A stretch of 54,165 nt of DNA, taken from IMG/VR virus record IMGVR_UViG_3300000101_000006, positions 73,267 through 127,431 of that record. One strand, 5' to 3'. Source of the DNA: a virus. The position numbers and the translations under genes were made by a program. Below the pieces are notes generated by a model. That model had not been told where the DNA came from. It made no database searches and saw nothing but the letters and a program-made list of their open reading frames with translations. This document shows positions 37,283 through 47,125 of this stretch, in pieces. The first letter of the stretch is position 1. Every line of letters begins with the position of its first letter.

Positions 37283-40200
37283 ATGAAAAAAACTACACTT
37301 TTAAGAGGGACGGCTTACGTGTCAGCACCACAAATGGCGGATGGTTTTGTACCACCTGCAGGTTTTGATTACAAAATCTCAGTCAGTCTCCATGAAGTAG
37401 ATGTCAAAATCTACGGCTTTGATGGCCAAAGTTGGTCATTATTGCACGACACAGATGGTACAATACCATCATACATAGCTGATATTCAGCATCAAAAATA
37501 TTATTTAGAATCTAAAACAGGATCCGAGCAAACTGTTCGAGTTTCATTCTTATCTTCTGAGGATGAAGATTCTGGTATTAGAACAGGTGGAACACCTGGG
37601 AATACAAGATTTTACGACATTGAAGAGATCCCTGTTTATAATGGTTCTCGTGATGGCGCAATGCTTACAGTTATGTCTGACGGTTCGTTGGCTTGGTTGT
37701 TAGTAAATGAATCATTCATCGTCCCAGAGGAAGGCGGTTCATCGTCTACTCCAACAGGCGTTGGAACGTTCTTGGAAGAGTTTACAATGTTTGGAGGAGG
37801 AGCACTCACTGATGGCGTTCTTTCGACATCTGCTGTGACTCCTTCTTACTACAAGAAGTCTGGAATGGTTGTTCCGAGCACAACTGCAACAACAGCAGTG
37901 TTCTCAATGTGGTTCAATCCAGAACAATCTCAGATGGGACTATATTCGGATCAACACTATCCATCGGAAGTTGACTTTGGACTAAGAATGTTTAGTTCTT
38001 CGCTTCTCCATATTTCAACTCCAATCGGTGGAGCAAATGGGGTCACCTTGTCAACACCGCTAACTCTCAATGAGTGGCACCATGCCTTAGTTACTGTTGA
38101 AACGGATATCGCTTACACTTCTACCAGCTCTAAATCTATGACTGTAAAGTTGTTTATTGACGGTCAAGAAGTCTACACCAAAACCGGAAACTCTTCTTCT
38201 AAGAGAATTAGAGCTTACGCTGGGATCGCTAATGGAACTAAGCACTACATAGGTGCTGAGAACTACAACGGTTCTGTAAGCTATAAAGGTAATGGGCAAT
38301 TTGACTTCATGGAGTGGGTTGATGATGTTACACTATCCGACGCTCAAATCTTGGCTATGTATAATAGCGGGACACGAGGTTGGTCTGTAGCCGATGCAGC
38401 TGCTTATGAAGAGGAACAAAGCGGCGGCGGAAACGTCATTGCTGGAACTTTTATCGAAGAACTAACATCAGCTTCTAACAACCTCAGTAATGGTGCATTG
38501 ATTACAAACAATGTGTTTGTGAAGCCAGCTAATGCTTCTGTTACTTTGGTGTCCCTAGACACAGATGGTATCGTTGACTTTAATGTCGACGGCACAAGAA
38601 CTGAGGAAGAAATGACTCTTTCTATGTGGTTCAATCCTGATAGCACAAGTTGGACTGGTTGGAAATACATAGCAGGTAACGCAGCAGATTCGAATAACGA
38701 GTTCCGTCTTGCGATATCTAAAGATGGTTCCGGTAACATAGAATTTAAAACAATTTTGTGGGACTTGTGGACTGGTTCTCCAAAGGGTATCAGTAGCAAA
38801 CCACTTGTTGCAGGTGAATGGACGCATCTTGCAATGACTTGGAGTTACAACGGCTCGACATATGACCTGAAGCTTTTTGTTGACGGCGTTAAGTGTGGAG
38901 AATTATTAAACCAAAATAGAAACCTCATGAAGATGGCTTCGAATAGAAACTTCGCATTGGGTGCTCTTGCTTTTGGTGGATCCGTAACTGGTAGCTCTCT
39001 ACCTTGCTCTATGGATTCAGTTCAGATCAAGTCTGGAACTGCATTAACTGATTCTCAAGTTGCTGCAATTGCTGGACAAGCTGATCGTCAAATGTCTATC
39101 GAGACTGCTGCTGGTGGTGAGGCCCCTTCGGCTGGCTCTATCGTGGGTCTTGAGGAGAGCGCAGGCCTAACTCTTCATGGAAATGCTCAGTTGATTGACG
39201 GCGTTCTTCATGTTGATGGAACTAATGGAACCTATGCTTCACTTCCACACTCTACTGATTACGATAGAGAGAGTGGAGATCTATCCATTTCTATGTGGTT
39301 CAAAGCTAACTCACTACCTAATAATTGGAACGCGGCTCTTGTCTCAAAGATGGGCACAGGATGGGATGGCTACATCGCAGCGATTTCAACTATGGCTGCT
39401 GATGATGGCTCTGGTAACATGACTTCTGGTGGTCTACAGACAACGAGTTGGGTAGGTGGAAGCAATCCAACTGCAAACAATCGCGCAGCTCCGTCTGGTG
39501 GAATCTCTTTGAACGCATGGCATCACGTGACGTATGTAATGCCTGCTACTGGAGATTACAAAATGTACTTCAACGGCGTAGAGGTTCACTCTTATGTTCC
39601 AACTGCTAGAAACACATCTACATCTGGAGAGTTGAGAATTGGTGGTTGGTTTAATGGTAGTTACTCAGGCTATTTCAATGGACAAATTGATGGCCTTAGT
39701 TTTACTAAGTCTGTAAAATCAGCACAAGATATTCATGATGAATACACTGGTGGCATTGGAACTTCAGATAGTTCAAGCTATCTTGAGTCATCTGCAACTC
39801 TCTATGGAGATGCTAACTTAAGTAATGGTTCTCTTGTTCTCGACGGAACAGGTGACTATGCGGTTATCGACGATGGTTTCAGATTTACAGACAAGATGAC
39901 TACATCTGTTTGGTTTAAGACTACAGCAACTGGCGATAGAAGAATCTACTCTTCTCATGTTAGAGGCTTAAGTGGCGGGGATTTCCGCAATGGTTTCTTT
40001 GCAAGACTAAACGATGGTCAGTTGAAATATAGACACCCTGCAGGTGGAACAGGCGAACTCACTGGACCTAGTGGTCTAAATGATGGCGCATGGCATCACT
40101 TAGCATTGTCTTGGGAAGCGTCTGTTGGTTATACTCTATATGTTGACGGAGTCCAAGCAGGCTCTGGCGGCTCAAGTGTTTCTGATGGCTATGTTTCTGA

Positions 40201-40339
40201 CTGGGGTCTCTACATTGGAGCGAACCCGTGGAACAACAATGATCCATATGCTTTATTTGAAGGCGAGATCAAGAAGTTTGAAGTTCTAAACGAAGTTTTA
40301 ACCTCTCAACAGGTAGCCGATCGATTCAACGAAGGTTAA
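37283..40339 (+). CDS. multi-LamG (ConA-like lectin) domain virion protein
   Basis: Four S(M/V)WF..W(H/T)H...(L/M)(F/Y)..G..(I/L)G modules. Confidence 0.8.
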   Translation: MKKTTLLRGTAYVSAPQMADGFVPPAGFDYKISVSLHEVDVKIYGFDGQSWSLLHDTDGTIPSYIADIQHQKYYLESKTGSEQTVRVSFLSSEDEDSGIRTGGTPGNTRFYDIEEIPVYNGSRDGAMLTVMSDGSLAWLLVNESFIVPEEGGSSSTPTGVGTFLEEFTMFGGGALTDGVLSTSAVTPSYYKKSGMVVPSTTATTAVFSMWFNPEQSQMGLYSDQHYPSEVDFGLRMFSSSLLHISTPIGGANGVTLSTPLTLNEWHHALVTVETDIAYTSTSSKSMTVKLFIDGQEVYTKTGNSSSKRIRAYAGIANGTKHYIGAENYNGSVSYKGNGQFDFMEWVDDVTLSDAQILAMYNSGTRGWSVADAAAYEEEQSGGGNVIAGTFIEELTSASNNLSNGALITNNVFVKPANASVTLVSLDTDGIVDFNVDGTRTEEEMTLSMWFNPDSTSWTGWKYIAGNAADSNNEFRLAISKDGSGNIEFKTILWDLWTGSPKGISSKPLVAGEWTHLAMTWSYNGSTYDLKLFVDGVKCGELLNQNRNLMKMASNRNFALGALAFGGSVTGSSLPCSMDSVQIKSGTALTDSQVAAIAGQADRQMSIETAAGGEAPSAGSIVGLEESAGLTLHGNAQLIDGVLHVDGTNGTYASLPHSTDYDRESGDLSISMWFKANSLPNNWNAALVSKMGTGWDGYIAAISTMAADDGSGNMTSGGLQTTSWVGGSNPTANNRAAPSGGISLNAWHHVTYVMPATGDYKMYFNGVEVHSYVPTARNTSTSGELRIGGWFNGSYSGYFNGQIDGLSFTKSVKSAQDIHDEYTGGIGTSDSSSYLESSATLYGDANLSNGSLVLDGTGDYAVIDDGFRFTDKMTTSVWFKTTATGDRRIYSSHVRGLSGGDFRNGFFARLNDGQLKYRHPAGGTGELTGPSGLNDGAWHHLALSWEASVGYTLYVDGVQAGSGGSSVSDGYVSDWGLYIGANPWNNNDPYALFEGEIKKFEVLNEVLTSQQVADRFNEG

Positions 40340-40372
40340 TCTGGTTAATTTCAATTAAACTTTGAAGTGATT

Positions 40373-40411
40373 TGTCCTTGGGCCGAGTTGGCTCAGGGGC
40401 ATTTTCTTTTT
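40373..40411 (+). terminator. intrinsic terminator
   Basis: TGTCCTTGGGCC-GAGTT-GGCTCAGGGGCA followed by a T-rich tract. Confidence 0.7.
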
Positions 40412-40434
40412 AAGGCTTGTTTTGGACTTTAAAG

Positions 40435-40451
40435 TCTATTTACACTATTTA
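40435..40451 (+). promoter_or_regulatory. tandem putative late promoters (TCTATTTA, ACTATTTA)
   Basis: Two motif copies before the scaffold-capsid operon. Confidence 0.6.
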
Positions 40452-40483
40452 TTGGAGAAAAACAAAATTCGGGAGATAAATTA

Positions 40484-41647
40484 ATGTCTAGCATGTTAGA
40501 ACAAGCAATTGCCGATGCTGCGGCTCTCAGAGAGCAGGCCATCAAGAACGCAGAACAATCCGTTCTCGACAAATACTCAAAGCAAATCAAAGAAGCTGTT
40601 GATCAAATGCTTGAAGTAGATGATGCTTCCAATAGAGTTGATGAAATCATAAACGAAGTTGAAGAAGAACTCATGCAAGAAGAAGAAGCTGCTGCCGCAG
40701 CTGCACCTGCACCTGAAGGTTCTACACCAATCGAGGCAACCGCTGCATACGATAGTCGACCCGGTGCTCAAGACTTATATACGAAAATCTCAGCAGTCAT
40801 CGCAGACTTACCAGTAGGACCAGATGGAATGGTTGAATTGGATTTTGGAGATGTCTCACTAGAGCAAGATGAACTGGATGCCGCTGAAGGTGGCGCAGAT
40901 GACTCTCTAGGTGGCCTTGACGATCTTGGAATGGATACACCCCCTGACGATGCTGCAGGTGGTTTAGACGACATCCTTGACGACGGTGGAGACGACATGG
41001 ATTTGCAATTGCAAGAAGTCTTAGATATGCTATCTGAAGAATCAGAGGAAGTTATCGAGGAAAAAGTTGAGATAGACAAAAATCCAATTCTTGATACCCT
41101 CGGCGGAAACGGCGTTGGATCCCAACACAGAAAAATGTATAATGCAGCAATGGCTGACGTTGTATATCCAGACGAAGAAGAAGAGGAAGCCGAAGAAGCT
41201 TCTGAAGATGAAGACGACACGATGGGTGTCGTAAACGAATTAACCGAGACATTAGAGTTTCTGACGAACCAGAACAATCAAATGGAAAGCGTCCTATCCA
41301 AGATGGAAGTCTATCTTGAGGAAACACTGTTGTCCAACGCAAAACTTTTATATCAAAACCGTACATTGAATGATGCCTCCCTGAATGAGCGACAAAAATC
41401 AAAAATTGTCGAAGCCATCGCCAATGCGGAGTCTCCGAAAGAAGCTAAAAAACTTCATGAGACACTCAAAGCCACAGTGGGATCGACGCCTAATAGCAAA
41501 AGAGGTCCACAATCACTGAGCGAGTCTGTCAACCGAAGATCGAACTTAAGTTCTATGTTGAATTCGAGACAAAACATTAAAGAAAGCAAGCAATCTGAAG
41601 ATTCTTTTAAAGAGAAGATGCAGAAGCTTGCAGGCATAAAAAAATAA
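40484..41647 (+). CDS. prohead core/scaffold protein
   Basis: Very acidic, coiled coil, ends MQKLAGIKK, immediately upstream of the capsid gene. Confidence 0.75.
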   Translation: MSSMLEQAIADAAALREQAIKNAEQSVLDKYSKQIKEAVDQMLEVDDASNRVDEIINEVEEELMQEEEAAAAAAPAPEGSTPIEATAAYDSRPGAQDLYTKISAVIADLPVGPDGMVELDFGDVSLEQDELDAAEGGADDSLGGLDDLGMDTPPDDAAGGLDDILDDGGDDMDLQLQEVLDMLSEESEEVIEEKVEIDKNPILDTLGGNGVGSQHRKMYNAAMADVVYPDEEEEEAEEASEDEDDTMGVVNELTETLEFLTNQNNQMESVLSKMEVYLEETLLSNAKLLYQNRTLNDASLNERQKSKIVEAIANAESPKEAKKLHETLKATVGSTPNSKRGPQSLSESVNRRSNLSSMLNSRQNIKESKQSEDSFKEKMQKLAGIKK

Positions 41648-41664
41648 TTTAAGGAGATTTTACA

Positions 41665-43455
41665 ATGTCTATTATCGAAACTCTAACAGAAGGTATCGTC
41701 AACCGCGATATGCAAAAAGAAGGTGCTGCTCTGTTAAACAAATGGTCACAAACTGGTCTTTTAGAAGGCTTGTCTGATGATAACCAAAAAGCTTCAATGG
41801 CTCGTCTATTGGAGAATCAAGCTCGCGAATTATTGCGTGAGTCTAACACAATGGCTGGTGGATCTGTCGAAGGTTTTGCTGCTGTTGCATTCCCAATCGT
41901 TCGTCGTGTATTCGCTGGATTGATTGCGAACGACTTGGTTTCTGTACAACCAATGTCTCTTCCAAGTGGATTGATTTTCTTCTTGGACTTCACATTCAAC
42001 AGCTCTCGTCTTGGAAATACAGCGACCGAATCAATCTACGGTACTGACCGTGTTGGTTCTGAAGTAACTGGTGGTGTTAACTTGGTTGACGCACGAGGAA
42101 TTTCTGAAGGCTCTGGTCCTCTTCGTGCTGGTGCAACTGGTTATGCTTACGCATCTCCAACTGGATCTAACGCAGAAATCATCGTTGCTTCTATGAAAGT
42201 ACACGCTGCTTTCAACTTGGACGGCACCGTCCCAGATCGTGCAGCAAAAGCTATTAGATTTGATGCTGATCTTCTTAACATCACAGATGGTACTGGTATC
42301 ATTGTTGTTGATGTGAAAAACAGTGTAATCAAAGACTCAACGACATCCAACTCACCAGCAGACTTTGATAATCTTTCTGCTTTTGTATGGGCTATTACAC
42401 AAGCAACAGTTGAAACTCAAGCAAACACTGCATTGACTCAACTTCGTCGTTTGACTTCAAAAGTTAAAGCCAACGCCACCGCATTGGGCGAAACTGCTAC
42501 TAGATTCGTATTCACTCAAACCGCAGGCGCCAGCTTGGATGCTGAAGTTACCTCTGATACAGCACCGGCAGCAGTTTCCGCAGCAGGGGCCCTTAAGTTC
42601 CCAATGATTGATAATATTGCTGCATCGTCAACCCCTGGTGGGATCATTGGACAACAATTGTGGGGACTTGAAAACAATGTTGATATCCCTGAGATCGACA
42701 TCAAGGTAGACTCAATCGCTATTACAGCACAAACCAAGAAGTTGAAAGCAAAGTGGACTCCAGAATTGGGTCAAGACTTGAACGCTTACCACAACTTGGA
42801 TGCTGAAGTAGAATTGACTTCTATCCTTTCTGAGCAAATCGCTCTTGAATTGGATCGTGAAATCTTGGCTGACCTTGTAAACGGCGCAACTGCTGCGACT
42901 TACTACTGGTCTCGTTCACCTGGTTTGTTTGTAAACCGTGAAACTGGTGCTGAGCTTGGCGCAACTTCTGCTGCTCCTGACTTCACTGGTACTGTTTCTG
43001 AATGGTATGAAACTTTGATCGAAACTATCAACGACGTTTCTGCACAAATCCATCGTAAGACTTTGCGTGGTGGTGCTAACTTCTGTGTCGTAGGACCTGA
43101 AGTTGCGAACGTTTTGGAATTCACTGCTGGTTTCCGTGCGAACGTTACTGCTGACGCTGACAAAGGCGACATCGGTGCTGTTAAGGTTGGTTCTTTGAAC
43201 CGTAAGTTCGACGTTATCGTTGATCCTTACTTCCCACGTAACGCAATCTTGGTTGGTCGTAAAGGTTCTTCTTTCTTGGAAAGTGGATATGTTTACGCTC
43301 CATATGTACCATTGCAAACAACTCCTACCATCTTTGGACCTGAAGACTTCGTTCCTCGCAAAGGTGTTATGACTCGTTACGGTAAGAAAATGGTTCGTCC
43401 TGACATGTACGGTCTTGTTATCGTTCGTGGATTAGCAGGCGAGTCTGGATCCTAA
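41665..43455 (+). CDS. major capsid protein (T4 gp23-like)
   Basis: LLENQ, VQPMSLPSGLIFFL, KLKAKWTPELGQDL.AYH.LDAE.EL, YAPYVPL, PRKGVMTRYG. Confidence 0.97.
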   Translation: MSIIETLTEGIVNRDMQKEGAALLNKWSQTGLLEGLSDDNQKASMARLLENQARELLRESNTMAGGSVEGFAAVAFPIVRRVFAGLIANDLVSVQPMSLPSGLIFFLDFTFNSSRLGNTATESIYGTDRVGSEVTGGVNLVDARGISEGSGPLRAGATGYAYASPTGSNAEIIVASMKVHAAFNLDGTVPDRAAKAIRFDADLLNITDGTGIIVVDVKNSVIKDSTTSNSPADFDNLSAFVWAITQATVETQANTALTQLRRLTSKVKANATALGETATRFVFTQTAGASLDAEVTSDTAPAAVSAAGALKFPMIDNIAASSTPGGIIGQQLWGLENNVDIPEIDIKVDSIAITAQTKKLKAKWTPELGQDLNAYHNLDAEVELTSILSEQIALELDREILADLVNGATAATYYWSRSPGLFVNRETGAELGATSAAPDFTGTVSEWYETLIETINDVSAQIHRKTLRGGANFCVVGPEVANVLEFTAGFRANVTADADKGDIGAVKVGSLNRKFDVIVDPYFPRNAILVGRKGSSFLESGYVYAPYVPLQTTPTIFGPEDFVPRKGVMTRYGKKMVRPDMYGLVIVRGLAGESGS

Positions 43456-43477
43456 TTTAACGATCTTGAAAAAAAGA

Positions 43478-43510
43478 GACCCTCGGACTTCGGTTCGGGG
43501 GTTTTCTATT
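43478..43510 (+). terminator. intrinsic terminator after the capsid gene
   Basis: GACCCTCGGAC-TTCG-GTTCGGGGGTT followed by a T-rich tract. Confidence 0.8.
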
Positions 43511-43579
43511 TCTAGACACTATTTAATAAGAAACAAGGGCACCTTTGCCCAAGATCATATATTTTAAGGAGATTATATT

Positions 43580-44029
43580 ATGGCTAAAGTTGGAAGAGCG
43601 GCAAGAGTCGCAAGTCGTCAAAGAACAGAAATTATCACAGGTAATAAGACAATTGCAAGCGCCGAAACTGGAGAACTGTATTTGATCAATTATAATGCTG
43701 CTGCTGGTATTAGCATCACACTACCAGCTGCTCAAGAGGGTGCTTACTTCAGATTTCAATTTATGTCTGAGATGAGCAATGGAGCCGCACAAGTTGATAT
43801 CGTAGCATCGGGCGCCGCTACAATGAAAGGTACGATACTGAATGTTGTATATCATGCAGCCAACGATACAGAAGTCAGAACAAGAAAAGATGATGGAACC
43901 GACACCAAAGTTGAATTTACTGATGTAACACACGTTGGATCTTACATAGATGTTTATTGTGATGGCACAAACTGGCAAGTTAGTGGTGTTGCGATTGCTA
44001 CCGCTGGTGCAACAGCCGTATTCGCATAA
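43580..44029 (+). CDS. putative capsid decoration protein
   Basis: ACTATTTA at 43518; ITLPAA..G.YF.F..YCDGTNWQVSG; follows the capsid gene. Confidence 0.55.
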   Translation: MAKVGRAARVASRQRTEIITGNKTIASAETGELYLINYNAAAGISITLPAAQEGAYFRFQFMSEMSNGAAQVDIVASGAATMKGTILNVVYHAANDTEVRTRKDDGTDTKVEFTDVTHVGSYIDVYCDGTNWQVSGVAIATAGATAVFA

Positions 44030-44039
44030 GAGGTAACTA

Positions 44040-44444
44040 ATGGGTCGTAGATCAAAAAGAAAAAAGCTTCTATTACGAAAACACCGTCTTTTGGGGATTG
44101 AGTTAGATCCCCAAGAGGCTCGTCGTGTAGGGCTTGGTCATATCATTGACGAACAAGAAAGAATTAAGGCAGAAGTCGCAGAAGCAATCGAAGAAGTTGT
44201 TGAAACAATCGAAGAGGTTGCAGAGACAGTTGAAGAGACAATTGAAGAAGCCGTTGAAGAGGTCAAGGAAGTCGCACAAAAGACTAAGAAGACCGCTAAG
44301 AAGGTAGCAAAGGTTGTTGAGGAAGCTGTTGAAGAAGCAATGGAAACTGCTGCTGATATAGTGGAAGAAGCCAAAGAGGCTGTTGAAGAAGTTAAAGTAA
44401 AAAAGACAACTCGCAGACGCTCTAGGAAATCTACTAAAAAGTAA
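44040..44444 (+). CDS. basic-acidic-basic low-complexity protein
   Basis: R/K-rich ends and an E/V/A heptad-like middle; GAGG SD. Confidence 0.55.
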   Translation: MGRRSKRKKLLLRKHRLLGIELDPQEARRVGLGHIIDEQERIKAEVAEAIEEVVETIEEVAETVEETIEEAVEEVKEVAQKTKKTAKKVAKVVEEAVEEAMETAADIVEEAKEAVEEVKVKKTTRRRSRKSTKK

Positions 44445-44473
44445 AATAATTAAGTTTCATTTTAACCTCCTTT

Positions 44474-44508
44474 CCTCTGAATACCTTGGTGTTCGGAGGT
44501 TTACTTTT
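44474..44508 (+). terminator. intrinsic terminator
   Basis: CCTCTGAATACC..GGTGTTCGGAGG followed by a T-rich tract. Confidence 0.6.
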
Positions 44509-44541
44509 AATTAAACTATTTACAATGACGGAGGGTTTTAT

Positions 44542-45780
44542 ATGTCATTTCCTGATCTTACACCAACATCAACAGTATCAGCTATTGTATTATCCGAAAA
44601 GGGAACAGAGGCTGATGTTGTCGAGTCATTAGCGATTGGTTTTTACACATCAGATGCTTTTTTATCAGGTGCTGCGGCACAGGTAGCATTCACATACAAG
44701 AGACTTGGTGGAGACGTTCTTGATATCGAGATCACAAACAAAAACGTCTACAATCACTACGAGGAAGCCTGTTTAGAGTATTCCTATATCGTGAACCTAC
44801 ATCAAGCACGGAACGCCTTAGGGAGCGCCCTAGGAGGCCCTACAGGGTCTTTTGATCACAAGGGTGAAGTATCCGGATCAGACTCCGTATCTCTTAAGTA
44901 TCCCAAGTTTCAATTCGACTATGCCTTCAGAGGTGCAGATAAGTTTTCAACAGAAGCAATGGTCGGTGGTACTCAGCCAATCTATTCAGCATCCTTTGAT
45001 AGAGTTGTGGATCGACAAGACTATGACCTTCAACATGTCGTATCCAGCTCTCAAGATGGAACTCCTTGGGCCGGAATGGATAACAAGAGAATCAAGATCA
45101 GACAAGTATATTACATATCTCCAAGACAAATGTGGAGATTCTATGGATATTACGGTGGCCTAAATGTTACTGGTGATATGCACAGTTACGGACAGTATGC
45201 CGATGACTCATCATTTCAAGTAATACCACCTTGGCAAAACAAGCTTCAAGCTATACAATATGAAGACCACTTATACACAAGGACATCTCATTACTCATAT
45301 GAGTTGGTTGATAACAAATTAATACTCTACCCACCACCAGACAGTGTCTCACCAGAAAAATTTTGGTTTAGATTTACTGTTGAAACTGGTAACGAAGCAT
45401 TCACTACTGGTTCATATGACTCTGGTATTGATGGAGTCAACAACATGAACACTATGCCTATGGAGAACATTCCTTTTAATAAGATTAACTCCATCGGTCA
45501 ACAGTGGATTAGAAGGTTCTCCTTAGCGCTCTCTAAAGAGACTCTGGGGCAAGTTAGAGGTAAGTTTGGGGGTAGCATACCTATTCCCGGAGATACGGTC
45601 TCCTTGAACGCCTCAGACCTTCTAGGACAAGCCTCTAGCGAACAGCAGACATTAAGAGAAGAGCTCAACAAGCAACTTGATGAAATGCTCTATGCTAAGA
45701 TTGCCGAGACAGATAAAGCAATGGTGGACAACATGGACGCAATCGTCTCAAAGACTCCGCTAAAGATTTTTGTGGGGTAA
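44542..45780 (+). CDS. neck protein (T4 gp13-like)
   Basis: LGG..LDIEI; WIRRFSLALSKETLGQVRGKF..IPG..LN; ACTATTTA at 44515. Confidence 0.8.
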   Translation: MSFPDLTPTSTVSAIVLSEKGTEADVVESLAIGFYTSDAFLSGAAAQVAFTYKRLGGDVLDIEITNKNVYNHYEEACLEYSYIVNLHQARNALGSALGGPTGSFDHKGEVSGSDSVSLKYPKFQFDYAFRGADKFSTEAMVGGTQPIYSASFDRVVDRQDYDLQHVVSSSQDGTPWAGMDNKRIKIRQVYYISPRQMWRFYGYYGGLNVTGDMHSYGQYADDSSFQVIPPWQNKLQAIQYEDHLYTRTSHYSYELVDNKLILYPPPDSVSPEKFWFRFTVETGNEAFTTGSYDSGIDGVNNMNTMPMENIPFNKINSIGQQWIRRFSLALSKETLGQVRGKFGGSIPIPGDTVSLNASDLLGQASSEQQTLREELNKQLDEMLYAKIAETDKAMVDNMDAIVSKTPLKIFVG

Positions 45781-45785
45781 TCTAG

Positions 45786-46271
45786 ATGGGCAAATGGGAA
45801 AGACCAGCACAACCACCTGCGCCTTTATTTTTAGGCGAGAAAGAGAAGAACCTTGTAAAACAGATCAACGATGAGATCATCGAGAGAGTTGTTGGTCAAC
45901 AGGTCCTGTACTTCCCCATCGACGTTGATAATACAGAATTCCATCCATTATATGGAGAGGCAATAGAAAAGACCTTTTTGCATCCAATAAGAGTTTACGC
46001 TTTGGTTACCTACAATGGTGTTGAGACAGCAGACTTAGAAAACATCGCACTCGACAAGTCGACAAAAATTACCGTCAACTTCCACAAGAGAAGATTGACT
46101 GAAGATCAAAACCTATTTGTCCGAGAGGGTGACTTTGTAAGGTTTGGATCTATCTACTATGAGATAGTCAAGCTAAACGAGCCCAAGCTTCTCTTTGGAC
46201 AACCAGAGAGTCGGTTTGAGATATCAGCTGACTGTATAAGAGCAAGAGACGGAGTATTCAATGCAGGATAG
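45786..46271 (+). CDS. neck/head-closure protein (gp14-like)
   Basis: LYGEA..K.F..P, REGDFV..YYEI; synteny. Confidence 0.65.
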   Translation: MGKWERPAQPPAPLFLGEKEKNLVKQINDEIIERVVGQQVLYFPIDVDNTEFHPLYGEAIEKTFLHPIRVYALVTYNGVETADLENIALDKSTKITVNFHKRRLTEDQNLFVREGDFVRFGSIYYEIVKLNEPKLLFGQPESRFEISADCIRARDGVFNAG

Positions 46272-47067
46272 TCAAGTTCCAGAAGTACCATCAACATTAG
46301 AGAACATAGACACTGCTGTGTTTAGGTTTGTAGATGAGACACTTAATGCGCATGTAAGAACAAATCAGGGCATCGAGAAGGTTAAGGTGTTGTGGTTTGG
46401 ATCAGAAAGAGCTTATCAGATAAAAAACAACAAAGACTTGAGAGATAGTGTTGGCAAGCTAAGGCTTCCAATCATCACCGTCGCACGAACTGGTGTCTCA
46501 AAAGATGACGCTTTTAAAGGCGCAGTTCAATCGGAAGAGCTCGACAATAACAAGATTATGATAAAGAGAGTCATCAAACAAGACAAGACTCAAAACTTTA
46601 AGAACGCTGACCGACGTAGAGAGACCGGAGACAATACCGGACCTACTTCTTCAAAGAAAGTTGTCTACGAAACAATATCAATACCAAGACCCGTATATGT
46701 GGCTTGCACATTTGAAGTATTTATCCGAACAGAATATCAACAACAAATGAATCAGATCTTGCCTCTCCTTATTTCCGAGAGAAAAAGAAACTTCACTGTT
46801 CAAAATGGTGGATACAAATATGAAGCGTTTATTGACTCGGACTTTGGTACATCAAGCTCCGGTAACCTTGGGGAAGAAGAAAGAATATTCACAGCAAAAG
46901 CAACCATTAAGATCCTTGGTTACTTAACAGGAAACGACCATAATGATGACGAACCTTTCATTCAAAGAAAGGAGTCAGTGGTTGAGGTCAAGATTTCCAG
47001 AGAGCGCGTGATTGTTGGAGATAGTAAACCTTGGGATAAGTCGGGTGAGAAATTTAGAGATTTATGA
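46261..47067 (+). CDS. tail terminator/sheath stabiliser (gp15-like)
   Basis: LPIITV.RTG, P.PVY...EV....YQQQMNQI, GYL; synteny. Confidence 0.65.
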   Translation: MQDSQVPEVPSTLENIDTAVFRFVDETLNAHVRTNQGIEKVKVLWFGSERAYQIKNNKDLRDSVGKLRLPIITVARTGVSKDDAFKGAVQSEELDNNKIMIKRVIKQDKTQNFKNADRRRETGDNTGPTSSKKVVYETISIPRPVYVACTFEVFIRTEYQQQMNQILPLLISERKRNFTVQNGGYKYEAFIDSDFGTSSSGNLGEEERIFTAKATIKILGYLTGNDHNDDEPFIQRKESVVEVKISRERVIVGDSKPWDKSGEKFRDL

Positions 47068-47125
47068 CTTTGGGCTTTTATTTAACTATTTACTAGGAAA
47101 ATAAAATTTTATTAGGAGTAAATTA

